Position numbers and translations under genes: made by a program. The notes beneath the pieces are model-generated. The model saw nothing but the letters and a program-made list of their open reading frames with translations, was not told the origin of the DNA and searched no databases. Below, piece by piece: positions 1 to 8,282 of a DNA stretch of 43,827 nucleotides (positions within the stretch are counted from its first letter, which is position 1; every line of letters starts with the position of its first letter). Origin of the DNA: Fidelibacterota bacterium TCS56 (GTDB lineage: Bacteria > Fidelibacterota > Marinisomatia > Marinisomatales > TCS56); assembly GCA_001577055.1 (NCBI GenBank), contig LSCG01000004.1:1-43827 (forward strand), read 5' to 3'.

Positions 1-104
1 CACGGTGCAGTCCCCTTTTTTGTTAACTTGCGCACTTGAAATCGGCAAATCATGGTGTAATTTCAATCAAATTTGTTCCCAACAATTTCGGTGGAGGATC
101 AGGT

Positions 105-2330
105 ATGCGTGTTACCCACAGAATTATCCTGTCATTAATCGTGCTGGCCAGCCTGGCCTGGTGTGAACCCATTGCCCGCGTTATCAAAACCAGCGGTACC
201 GTCAGGATTAAAAAGGTCCAAAATAACGATTTTTCGCTGCTGGCCAAGCCGGGCGTGGCCATCGAAAACGGTGATTTGTTAAGAGTTGAAAGCGCCAGTT
301 TTGCCGTGGTGATGTATCTGGACGATAAGTCCATCGTCAAGATGAAAGAAAATAGTCAGTTCCAGTTTGTTGATACTGAAAACACACGCACGATTGAAGT
401 CGAAATCGGAACGGTAATCAATGAAATCAAAAAGGAGAACCGCACCAAAACCTTTCGCGTGGAGACCCCCACGTCGGTGGCATCGGTCAAAGGGACTATC
501 TTTGCCGTATTGGTAGATGCTTCGGGTGTGGATCAGTTTTTCGGTCAGGAGGGCGTATTTGAAGTATTTAATATGGTGAGTGGCGAGACGATAAACGTTG
601 GTGCGGGCCAGAAGGTGCTATCCAGCTCCACCGGAAATATGATCGCCGCCCAGGCCGCCCCCAGTGAATTCCCCGCCGACCCTGATCCCAACCTGAAAGT
701 GGAAGATGCCAGTGAGCTGCTGGAAGATTTGCCGGAAGTCGAACCGGAAGTGATCGAGGAAGCACCGGAACCTGAAGCTGATCAGCCCGAAAGTCAGCAG
801 CCGGAAGAAACCGAACGGTTGGAAGGGGAGGAAGAAACTCCTCAGGTCCCTGAAAACGCCGAACCCAGCGGCAAACCTTTCGAGCTGGGGGCCGGTGTGG
901 GATCTGCCACGATTGACGGCACGGATTACAAACAGTTCTCCCTGCGCCCGGTGATCAATTTCGGTAAGTTGGGAATTGGTCTTGATTTGGTATTTTACCT
1001 GGATAATGACGGCAATTTTCGGAAAGAGGAATGGGACGACGCCAGTGATATTGTTGATAAGATCCAGTTTATTCGCTGGGGAAGTAAAGGCGAACCATTC
1101 TGGCTAAGGCTGGGCACGCTGGAGAATGTGAGTCTGGGGTATGGTGGTTTGGTGAACGGTTATTCCAACATGATGGAATTTCCCACCGTCCGGCGGGTAG
1201 GGATCAATGGCGGATTCGGTTTTGCCGGATTCAAAGCGGAATTATTCCTGGCTAATGTAAAGGATTTTGCCCGTGGCGGAACGTTAAGCGGTATCCGGGG
1301 ATCTTACACGATTTCGGATAATTTCCCCTTGGAAATCGGCGCTAATTTTGTAATCGATATGAATCAGTTAGCAGGATTTATCGATACTGATGGAGATAAT
1401 TATCCGGATATTTTCGATGATTTTCCCAATGACCAAAAACTGGTGAACGACACCGATGGTGATGGTTTGTCCGATCCTGTGACCGGGTTGGATTCCAGTT
1501 ACTGGGACATTGATGCCGATGGCGATAATATTTTGGATTCCTGGCATGGTGGTAGCGACACTTCCGTGACACTGAAAGAACTGCCACTGCGATTAGCCGA
1601 AAATCAGGTCCAGGCATTGGGTTTCGGCTTCGATATTGGCTATCCGATAATAAAATCTAAATTGGTCAATCTGACGATATTTACCGAATGGAGCCAATTA
1701 TCTTTCCCCCGGGAAGGAGATCCCCAGGCGGATTTCTACCGCCCGGTTGATCGCAATGGGACCAATCTCACCATTCCCGGTCTCAGAGCTACGTTGTTTA
1801 AAATGCTTCATTTAAAATTGGAATACCGCTTGAAATCCGGGTACTACGTACCGGGTTTCTTCGATCAGTCCTACGATATTTCACGGGCGGTGCCGGTTTA
1901 CGGCGACAGCACCAGTCTGTTTACTAAAGATATGTTGGTTTTCCAGGATGAAAACAGCGATGCTTCCCTCAGTGGGTATTTTGGGTCCGCCGGTATGGAT
2001 TTGTTCAATTTCGTTTCTTTCCAGGCTTCCTATTCCAGCATGGTGCGCGATACCCTCAAGTTCAACAGTTTCAACGCCAATCTGGGTTTGAATACTGCGG
2101 TTATTCCCAAGTTGAGCGCCGCCAGTATTTATTATCAGCGCAATAATGATGAAAATCCCTTTGATTTCAGAAATCCGTCGATTAATACTATCATCGGTTA
2201 CCGTCTGGGTTATGAAATGGCTCCCGGCGTCAGTTTGATATGGGATTTCCGCCAGTTCTATCGTGATGACGGCACCGGTAAATTGAAAGCCGTGCCCCAG
2301 ACCAGAATCGAAACGGCATTCAAACTTTAG
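105..2330 (+). CDS. Secreted FecR-domain protein with acidic linker and probable outer-membrane beta-barrel region containing TSP3-like Ca-binding repeats
   Basis: ORF 36..2330. ATG at 105 follows GGAGGA (93-98) and begins a signal peptide. FecR-like motifs (GDLLRV, FRVETPTSVASVKGTIF), Glu/Pro-rich linker, alternating beta-strand pattern, and repeats DTDGDNYPD, DTDGDGLSD, DADGDNILD. Confidence 0.7.
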   Translation: MRVTHRIILSLIVLASLAWCEPIARVIKTSGTVRIKKVQNNDFSLLAKPGVAIENGDLLRVESASFAVVMYLDDKSIVKMKENSQFQFVDTENTRTIEVEIGTVINEIKKENRTKTFRVETPTSVASVKGTIFAVLVDASGVDQFFGQEGVFEVFNMVSGETINVGAGQKVLSSSTGNMIAAQAAPSEFPADPDPNLKVEDASELLEDLPEVEPEVIEEAPEPEADQPESQQPEETERLEGEEETPQVPENAEPSGKPFELGAGVGSATIDGTDYKQFSLRPVINFGKLGIGLDLVFYLDNDGNFRKEEWDDASDIVDKIQFIRWGSKGEPFWLRLGTLENVSLGYGGLVNGYSNMMEFPTVRRVGINGGFGFAGFKAELFLANVKDFARGGTLSGIRGSYTISDNFPLEIGANFVIDMNQLAGFIDTDGDNYPDIFDDFPNDQKLVNDTDGDGLSDPVTGLDSSYWDIDADGDNILDSWHGGSDTSVTLKELPLRLAENQVQALGFGFDIGYPIIKSKLVNLTIFTEWSQLSFPREGDPQADFYRPVDRNGTNLTIPGLRATLFKMLHLKLEYRLKSGYYVPGFFDQSYDISRAVPVYGDSTSLFTKDMLVFQDENSDASLSGYFGSAGMDLFNFVSFQASYSSMVRDTLKFNSFNANLGLNTAVIPKLSAASIYYQRNNDENPFDFRNPSINTIIGYRLGYEMAPGVSLIWDFRQFYRDDGTGKLKAVPQTRIETAFKL

Positions 2331-2379
2331 TGGAAACCGGGTTAAATTTGAAATACAGAATATGAAATAAGGAAAAGAA

Positions 2380-2601
2380 ATGATCATCAAGATTGAGTAT
2401 TGTAACGAGTGAAATTATTTACCTAGAGCGGCCAGTTTGGCCAGCGATATTTTAAGTAGATATGGTACGGCGGTGAAGGAAATGACCCTGATTCCATCCG
2501 GTGGTGGAGTATTTGAAATTACCAAAAACGACCAATTGATTTTTTCCAAACGGCAAAATGGACGCTTCCCGGAAAAGGATGAGGTCTTCGACCAATTATA
2601 A
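2380..2601 (+). CDS. Rdx family (SelW/SelT/SelH-like) selenoprotein, 73 aa, CxxU motif
   Basis: Hand translation: MIIKIEYCNE-U(TGA 2410-2412)-NYLPRAASLASDILSRYGTAVKEMTLIPSGGGVFEITKNDQLIFSKRQNGRFPEKDEVFDQL*. Family hallmarks IEYCxxU/C, GGVFEI and SK..GRFP present. AAGGA upstream. Not in the ORF track. Confidence 0.9.
2413..2445 (+). promoter_or_regulatory. Putative bacterial SECIS element
   Basis: Hairpin GGCC-AGTTT-GGCC (2430-2442). The loop begins about 22 nt after the UGA and has G at position 2, which fits the general bacterial SECIS model. Confidence 0.65.
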
Positions 2602-3352
2602 AACGATTTACCTTATCCTGCTGGTGGCTTGTGGAATGGTTGCAGCCCGGGAGGTGGTTCCCCTAAGCTCCAAGGTGGGAATGACGGTTGATGCGGAAGA
2701 AAATTCCATTTATGGTATCTTTCCGGAAGTGATTGGATTTCATGATGCTCAGTTCATTCAGGTTTCAATCGACCACTATCAGGCCCGTATTTCCTATCAA
2801 TCAAAAGGGCGTGTAAAGGTTGTTAACCGACAATTCACCGCCCGGCAGTTTATCGCCTTAAAACACCGGGTGGACAAACTGCCACCGATCACGGAAACCA
2901 TGCGACTGGATTTACGGGAAAACCTGACATACCTGCACGCCGTCGATATCCTGGAAGCAATACCTACGGGGCAATTTGTGGTTGTGGGGCATGTCAATGG
3001 ACAACGGATGAGGGGAATTCTGCTGCCATTCAGTAATCAGCAGCTCAATCTGCAGACGACGGTTAAGAAAATCAGCGTCCCTTACCACGAGGTAGAGACC
3101 ATCGCCTATCGAGAGCAGATTATCGCCCGGCCCGGACTGCAAAAATGGATCTACGGTATTTGTGCCGCGATTGGCGTCGGACTGGCTGAAATCTGGAATT
3201 CCCAGACTGCGGACCGCGGCGATCAGCAATGGCATTACCGTTCAATGGGGGTGCTGCTGGGTCTGCTGGCCGGGAGTGAGTTGGGCGAAGCGGTAAATAT
3301 ATTGGCTTCACCAAAAACTAGTTTTAGCTTAATACCCGAAGCTGCTCAATAA
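2579..3352 (+). CDS. Hypothetical exported/membrane protein
   Basis: ORF 2558..3352. The second Met (2579) begins a signal-like N-terminus. Two Gly-rich hydrophobic segments near the C-terminus. Confidence 0.6.
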   Translation: MRSSTNYKTIYLILLVACGMVAAREVVPLSSKVGMTVDAEENSIYGIFPEVIGFHDAQFIQVSIDHYQARISYQSKGRVKVVNRQFTARQFIALKHRVDKLPPITETMRLDLRENLTYLHAVDILEAIPTGQFVVVGHVNGQRMRGILLPFSNQQLNLQTTVKKISVPYHEVETIAYREQIIARPGLQKWIYGICAAIGVGLAEIWNSQTADRGDQQWHYRSMGVLLGLLAGSELGEAVNILASPKTSFSLIPEAAQ

Positions 3353-3381
3353 ATTAGGAATTTTGACAAACAGGAGGATAT

Positions 3382-3756
3382 ATGCCGGTCAGTAAAACCA
3401 CTAAAAAGACCGCTGATAAAAAAGCACCGGAGAAGGATAATCAAATCAGCAATAAGCTGGCGAAGGTGTTGGACAATATCGGTTCCCAGTATGGTGAATC
3501 CCTGCAGAATGAGCTTATGAATCGTCTGGAGCGCACCATCAGCGAATTCAACGATGAAGTCAACGAGATGATCGAAGAGTTACAGCGCCGCTCTCTGGAG
3601 CGCAAGGAGCAGCTCAGCACCTTGTGGGAAAAACGCAATGAGGAGGAGCCGGAGGAAGTCAAACCGGAGGCCAAAGAAACGCCGGCGGAAACTGATGTTG
3701 AAGAAATGAGCGATTGGGAAAAACGATTGGAAATGCTGGACGCGAAAAACCGTTAG
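3382..3756 (+). CDS. Small acidic helical protein of unknown function (paralog of 27999..28322)
   Basis: Strong AGGAGG RBS. Shares core and tail motifs with the ORF at 27999. Confidence 0.8.
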   Translation: MPVSKTTKKTADKKAPEKDNQISNKLAKVLDNIGSQYGESLQNELMNRLERTISEFNDEVNEMIEELQRRSLERKEQLSTLWEKRNEEEPEEVKPEAKETPAETDVEEMSDWEKRLEMLDAKNR

Positions 3757-3790
3757 ACTGTCTCTATCAATTTGATAATTCAGCGGATCA

Positions 3791-4159
3791 ATGTATTATC
3801 GGCTGCACCTGGTAATCCTGGGATTGCTGCTTGGATTTATCTATGGTCAGAGTAGTCATAAGTTCAAGGAGATCACTGAATTAAAGAAGAGAGTGTATAA
3901 TTTTACCAAAGTTGAATTCATTACTGAGGAAGGGGAGTTCAACGAGTCCATCCGCACTCTGGTTATTCCCGATTTCAAGGCCGACAGCCCACCATATGTT
4001 GCCATCTATTACCGGCGGAATGAATCAGAATGGTTTACCGAGTCTTTATATCGTAAACGGGTACGCTTCAGATTCCAGGACGGAGTGATAAAGCTGGATC
4101 GGGCTAATTTCTGGGACTGGACGGAATTGGATGAGATTCGGGTGATTATCATTTATTAA
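3791..4159 (+). CDS. Hypothetical secreted protein
   Basis: 122 aa with an N-terminal hydrophobic signal and a beta-rich remainder. Confidence 0.65.
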   Translation: MYYRLHLVILGLLLGFIYGQSSHKFKEITELKKRVYNFTKVEFITEEGEFNESIRTLVIPDFKADSPPYVAIYYRRNESEWFTESLYRKRVRFRFQDGVIKLDRANFWDWTELDEIRVIIIY

Positions 4160-4260
4160 GTTTGGCCGCCGGTCAGTGAAATCAAATGGATTTTGAATAG
4201 ACTTCTGTTTTAAGCCTGTAGTAAGTTTACGTTTGTCTTTAGCAGACAATTATTGACATT

Positions 4261-4333
<73 letters not shown>

Positions 4334-4362
4334 CATACACTCGCGCAGAGTTAATTGACATT

Positions 4363-4636
4363 GTGGTCGTACTAGACGGGGAGGTAGCGGTGCCCTGTGA
4401 CCTGCAACCCGCTATAGCAGGGTTTAATTCCAGCAGGCGGTTAAGGCTGCATCGGCTTGATCCAAAAAGCGATGTTGAAGTTTCAATCCGCGGCGATGGT
4501 CTTTGATTGAACCCCGTCAGGACCGGAAGGGAGCAGCGGTAAATCAGAAACCACCCGGCCGTGGTATCCTGGAGCGGAGTTGGCTCTTGGGTCCAGGCGG
4601 ATATCCAGAATTAATCAAATAATGGTGTACGGCCAC
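4363..4636 (+). ncRNA. ffs: Large (Alu-domain-containing) bacterial SRP RNA
   Basis: 5' GGGGAGGTAGCGGTGCCCTGTGACCTGCAACCCGCTATAGCAGGG resembles the Bacillus scRNA Alu domain. Helix 8 core GTCAGGACCGGAAGGGAGCAGC near 4516-4537. Terminal helix GTGGTCGTAC/GTACGGCCAC. Lies directly upstream of dnaX. Confidence 0.93.
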
Positions 4637-4653
4637 TTCTTTTCGAGCTAAAA

Positions 4654-6309
4654 ATGGCATATCAGGTATTATCACTCAAATGGCGCCCGCATAAATTTTC
4701 AGAAGTCGTCGGCCAGGAGCACGTGACCGCCACTCTGGAAAACGCTTTCCGCAAAGAACGGATTGCCCAAGCCTACCTGTTTACCGGTCCCCGGGGCGTA
4801 GGTAAAACCACCGCTGCCCGTATCCTGGCGGCGACCCTGAATTGCCAATCCGAAGACATTGATCATCCCTGCAACCAATGCAGCAATTGTCAGGAGATCG
4901 CCGGCAGCCGCAACATGGATGTGCTGGAAATCGACGGCGCCTCCAACCGGGGTATTGAAGAAATCCGCAACCTGCGTGAGATGATCAAATATGCTCCGGT
5001 CAACGCCACTTACAAGATTTTTATTATTGACGAAGTCCACATGCTGACGGGACCGGCATTCAACGCTTTGTTAAAAACACTGGAAGAACCGCCGCCCCAC
5101 GGCAAGTTTATCCTGGCAACCACCGATATCCATAAAGTGCCGCCTACGATTATATCGCGCTGCCAGCGCTATGATTTTAACCGTATTTCTGTGCAGAATA
5201 TCAGCCAGCGACTGGAAGAAATCCTGGCTGCCGAAAAAATTGAATTTGATCGTGAATCCCTGGCTGCAATTGCCCGTAAAGCCGATGGCAGTATGCGCGA
5301 CGGTCTCAGCTACCTGGACCAGGTCATCGCTTATTGCGGCGACAAAATTGATTATCCATCGGCCGCCAAAGTACTTGGTGTAATCCCGCTGGATTTACAG
5401 TTTAACCTGACTGAAGCAATCCGTAATCGGGATGTGGAGGCGGCTTTAAAGATTTTGAATAAAATCCATTTTTCCGGCACGCCGGTGGTTGATTTCCTCG
5501 ACAGCCTGAATCAACACTTGCGCAGTCTGTTGATCGCTGCCAAAATCCAGGCCGGTACCGGTATCAGCGAGGAAATATTGCCCCTTTATCAACAAGAGGC
5601 CGCGAACTGGGATTATCGTGATTTGTTGCGCTTGTTGAATATGGTAATGGGTATCGATGCCGGTATTCGCCGTGCCAGCCATCCTTATCTGCAATTGGAG
5701 GTTCTGGTACTGAAGATGCTGGAAATGGACCGGGCCGTGAGTCTGGATAAAGTATTGTCACAAATGAACAGCGGACAACCGGCCGGAGTGCCGGCCACAC
5801 CGCCCCAGGCCCCAAAAAAGGCCGCGCCACTGCAGGAAACGCCCGCTGCACCACCACCGGTAAAGCAAAAACCGGAAACGGCTGAAGACTCTGCCGCCCA
5901 ACCGGAGCAAGCCCGCTCAAAGGTATCGCTGACCGGGCTTCGCAAGCAATGGCCGAAAATTGTAGGTTCAGTTAACAAAGATAGCGCCTCGCTGGGGACG
6001 ATTCTGGAACAAAGCGCCGTGCTGGCAGTTGAGGGTAATCGTGTGACTGTCGGCGTAGTAAATTTATCGAATTTCAATGCCCGGCGACTGGAAAAGAAAA
6101 CCAGTTTAATTACCTCAGCCGCCGAAAAATTACTGTCCGCGGCAATGCGTTTTGAATTTCAGGCTACCGTGGCTGAGGAACAGCAAGAGTTGATCGAAGA
6201 GCCTGACCCGCCGGAAGCGTCATCCCCGCCGGACGAGAATCCCCAGGCTCGGCGGGAGGCGGTAGTCGATAGAATTGTGGAATTATTTGATGGCGAGCAG
6301 TTAAGATAG
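4654..6309 (+). CDS. dnaX: DNA polymerase III subunit gamma/tau
   Basis: KWRP..F.EVVGQ, GPRGVGKTT Walker A, Zn cysteines, EIDGASN, DEVHML, NALLKTLEEPP, SRC. Confidence 0.98.
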   Translation: MAYQVLSLKWRPHKFSEVVGQEHVTATLENAFRKERIAQAYLFTGPRGVGKTTAARILAATLNCQSEDIDHPCNQCSNCQEIAGSRNMDVLEIDGASNRGIEEIRNLREMIKYAPVNATYKIFIIDEVHMLTGPAFNALLKTLEEPPPHGKFILATTDIHKVPPTIISRCQRYDFNRISVQNISQRLEEILAAEKIEFDRESLAAIARKADGSMRDGLSYLDQVIAYCGDKIDYPSAAKVLGVIPLDLQFNLTEAIRNRDVEAALKILNKIHFSGTPVVDFLDSLNQHLRSLLIAAKIQAGTGISEEILPLYQQEAANWDYRDLLRLLNMVMGIDAGIRRASHPYLQLEVLVLKMLEMDRAVSLDKVLSQMNSGQPAGVPATPPQAPKKAAPLQETPAAPPPVKQKPETAEDSAAQPEQARSKVSLTGLRKQWPKIVGSVNKDSASLGTILEQSAVLAVEGNRVTVGVVNLSNFNARRLEKKTSLITSAAEKLLSAAMRFEFQATVAEEQQELIEEPDPPEASSPPDENPQARREAVVDRIVELFDGEQLR

Positions 6310-6317
6310 GAGTAACA

Positions 6318-6644
6318 ATGTTTAATAAAGGTAATATGACCAATATTTTAAAACAGGCACAGGAAGTGCAAAAGAGAATTGAATCCGTCCAGAATGAATT
6401 GGATGATCTGACCATCGATGCCGAAGCCGGCGGTGGACTTATCACCGTCAAAGTGAATGGCAAACAGGAAGTACTTGAGTTGAAAATTCAACCGGAAGCC
6501 CTGGAAGAAGAAGTGGAAATGCTGGAAGATTTAATCATCTCTGCCGTAAATATGGGACTGCGGAAATCGCAGGAAGAATCGCAGAGTCGTATGAATTCCG
6601 CCACCGGCAATATGCTGGGAGGAATGAAAATACCCGGAATGTAA
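6318..6644 (+). CDS. ybaB: YbaB/EbfC nucleoid-associated protein
   Basis: AGGGLITVKVNGKQE and LEDLIISAVN motifs. dnaX-ybaB-recR synteny. Confidence 0.95.
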   Translation: MFNKGNMTNILKQAQEVQKRIESVQNELDDLTIDAEAGGGLITVKVNGKQEVLELKIQPEALEEEVEMLEDLIISAVNMGLRKSQEESQSRMNSATGNMLGGMKIPGM

Positions 6645-7238
6645 ATGGGAATTATACCAGACAGTGTCAATCGACTGATCGAGGAATTAGCCCGATTTCC
6701 GGGCATCGGCCACAAGACTGCCCGCCGCCTGACTTTTCATATTTTAGGCGCGCCGGAGAAAAATGCCACTGATCTGGCCCGGGCCGTGATCGATATCAAA
6801 GCCAAAATCCGTTTCTGCACTATCTGTGGCGGAATAACCGAAGATGATGTTTGTGGAGTATGCCAGGATACTAAACGCGATCCCCGATTGATATGCGTAG
6901 TGGAAGAACCGGCCGATATTTACACCTTCGAGCGCACCAATAGTTTCAGTGGTCTTTACCATGTACTCGGTGGCGTATTATCACCGCTGGATGGCGTGGG
7001 ACCGGATGAATTGAATGTTGATTCGCTGCTGGAACGCGTTAGTGACGGCTGTGAGATAATCGTAGCCACCAATCCCAGTGTTGAAGGTGAAACCACCGCT
7101 CTATACCTGGCAAAATTGTTCAATGAACGCGGCTGTACCGTGACCCGTTTAGCCCGCGGGTTGCCGGTAGGTGGAGATTTGGAGTATATTGATGACGCCA
7201 CCTTAATCCGTGCAATCGAAGGAAGAACTTCTTTATGA
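6645..7238 (+). CDS. recR: Recombination mediator RecR
   Basis: PGIGHKTARRL HhH, C4 zinc finger, YHVLGGVLSPLDGVGP, TOPRIM motif ATNPSVEGE. Confidence 0.98.
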   Translation: MGIIPDSVNRLIEELARFPGIGHKTARRLTFHILGAPEKNATDLARAVIDIKAKIRFCTICGGITEDDVCGVCQDTKRDPRLICVVEEPADIYTFERTNSFSGLYHVLGGVLSPLDGVGPDELNVDSLLERVSDGCEIIVATNPSVEGETTALYLAKLFNERGCTVTRLARGLPVGGDLEYIDDATLIRAIEGRTSL

Positions 7239-7825
7239 TCCTGACACTACCGAATATTCTAACGGTCTTGCGAATCATCATGACCCCCTTTTTTATTATC
7301 TTTTTATTCTATGATCATCCCTGGGCACGTACCTGGGCTCTGATCATCTTTATCGTGGCATCGATTACCGATGCCTATGACGGTTACCTGGCCCGGAAAA
7401 ACGACCAGGTTACCAATACCGGCCGCTTTCTCGATCCGCTGGCGGATAAAATCCTGGTGTCATCGGCCTTTATTTCCTTTGCCGTCATTGGTATTGTGGA
7501 ATACTGGATGGTAGCCTTGATCATCTTCCGCGATCTGTTTGTCACCGGTTTACGAGTGGCTATGTCGCATAAGGGTTTTACGATGATTACCAGCCGGATC
7601 GCGAAGTTGAAGACCGGCACACAGATCGGCATCATCATTTTCATCCTGACATTTTTAGGTTTGAAAGCCCTGAACCTTGAGCCATTACGCTTCATCCTGC
7701 ACGTCATCATGGATTACCACCTGATTTACTGGCTGACCCTGGCCGCCACAATTTTCACCGTTATAACCGGTTTAACCTATTTGAAGTCCAACCGTCGGGT
7801 TATCCGCCAGTTTTTTTCGGCCTGA
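7235..7825 (+). CDS. pgsA: CDP-diacylglycerol--glycerol-3-phosphate 3-phosphatidyltransferase
   Basis: LPNILTVLRI and TDAYDGYLARK...GRFLDPLADK (CDP-alcohol phosphotransferase motif). Confidence 0.93.
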   Translation: MILTLPNILTVLRIIMTPFFIIFLFYDHPWARTWALIIFIVASITDAYDGYLARKNDQVTNTGRFLDPLADKILVSSAFISFAVIGIVEYWMVALIIFRDLFVTGLRVAMSHKGFTMITSRIAKLKTGTQIGIIIFILTFLGLKALNLEPLRFILHVIMDYHLIYWLTLAATIFTVITGLTYLKSNRRVIRQFFSA

Positions 7826-7826
7826 A

Positions 7827-8282
7827 GTGATACAATCAATCTGTGAATGGATCGCTACCGTCGGCAAACTGGGCAAGATTCCGGGAGCACCCGGGACCTA
7901 CGGCAGCCTGGCCGCCGTGCTGGTCTGGCTGATATTGCCTCATCCGCTCAATCCCATAATTTTCATAGCAATACTGGTGATATTATCAATGATCGGTTGG
8001 TACACTTCCGCCAGGGTCGAGGCCAGCACCGGCCGGATTGATCCTTCTGAAGTAATCATTGATGAATGGGTCGGACAGTGGATCGCCCTGATAGCCGTGC
8101 CGCTTCACTGGCCGCTGATTGTACTGGCCTTTATCGGATTCCGCCTGTTTGATATTGTGAAACCCTGGCCAATTCGTCAGTTGCAGCATTTACCCGGCGG
8201 CGTGGGCATTATGATTGATGATATTCTGGCTGGCGGGGCAGCCTTGCTGTTAACGCACCTGGCACGCTACTGGTGGTTTTGA
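7827..8282 (+). CDS. pgpA: Phosphatidylglycerophosphatase A
   Basis: APGTYGSL, DPSEVIIDEWVG, FRLFDIVKPWPI, GGVGIMIDDILAG. Confidence 0.95.
   Translation: MIQSICEWIATVGKLGKIPGAPGTYGSLAAVLVWLILPHPLNPIIFIAILVILSMIGWYTSARVEASTGRIDPSEVIIDEWVGQWIALIAVPLHWPLIVLAFIGFRLFDIVKPWPIRQLQHLPGGVGIMIDDILAGGAALLLTHLARYWWF

Noticed and set aside
1-25. CCCC followed by a T-tract at the window start
   Set aside because: Possibly the end of a terminator, but it is truncated and cannot be supported.
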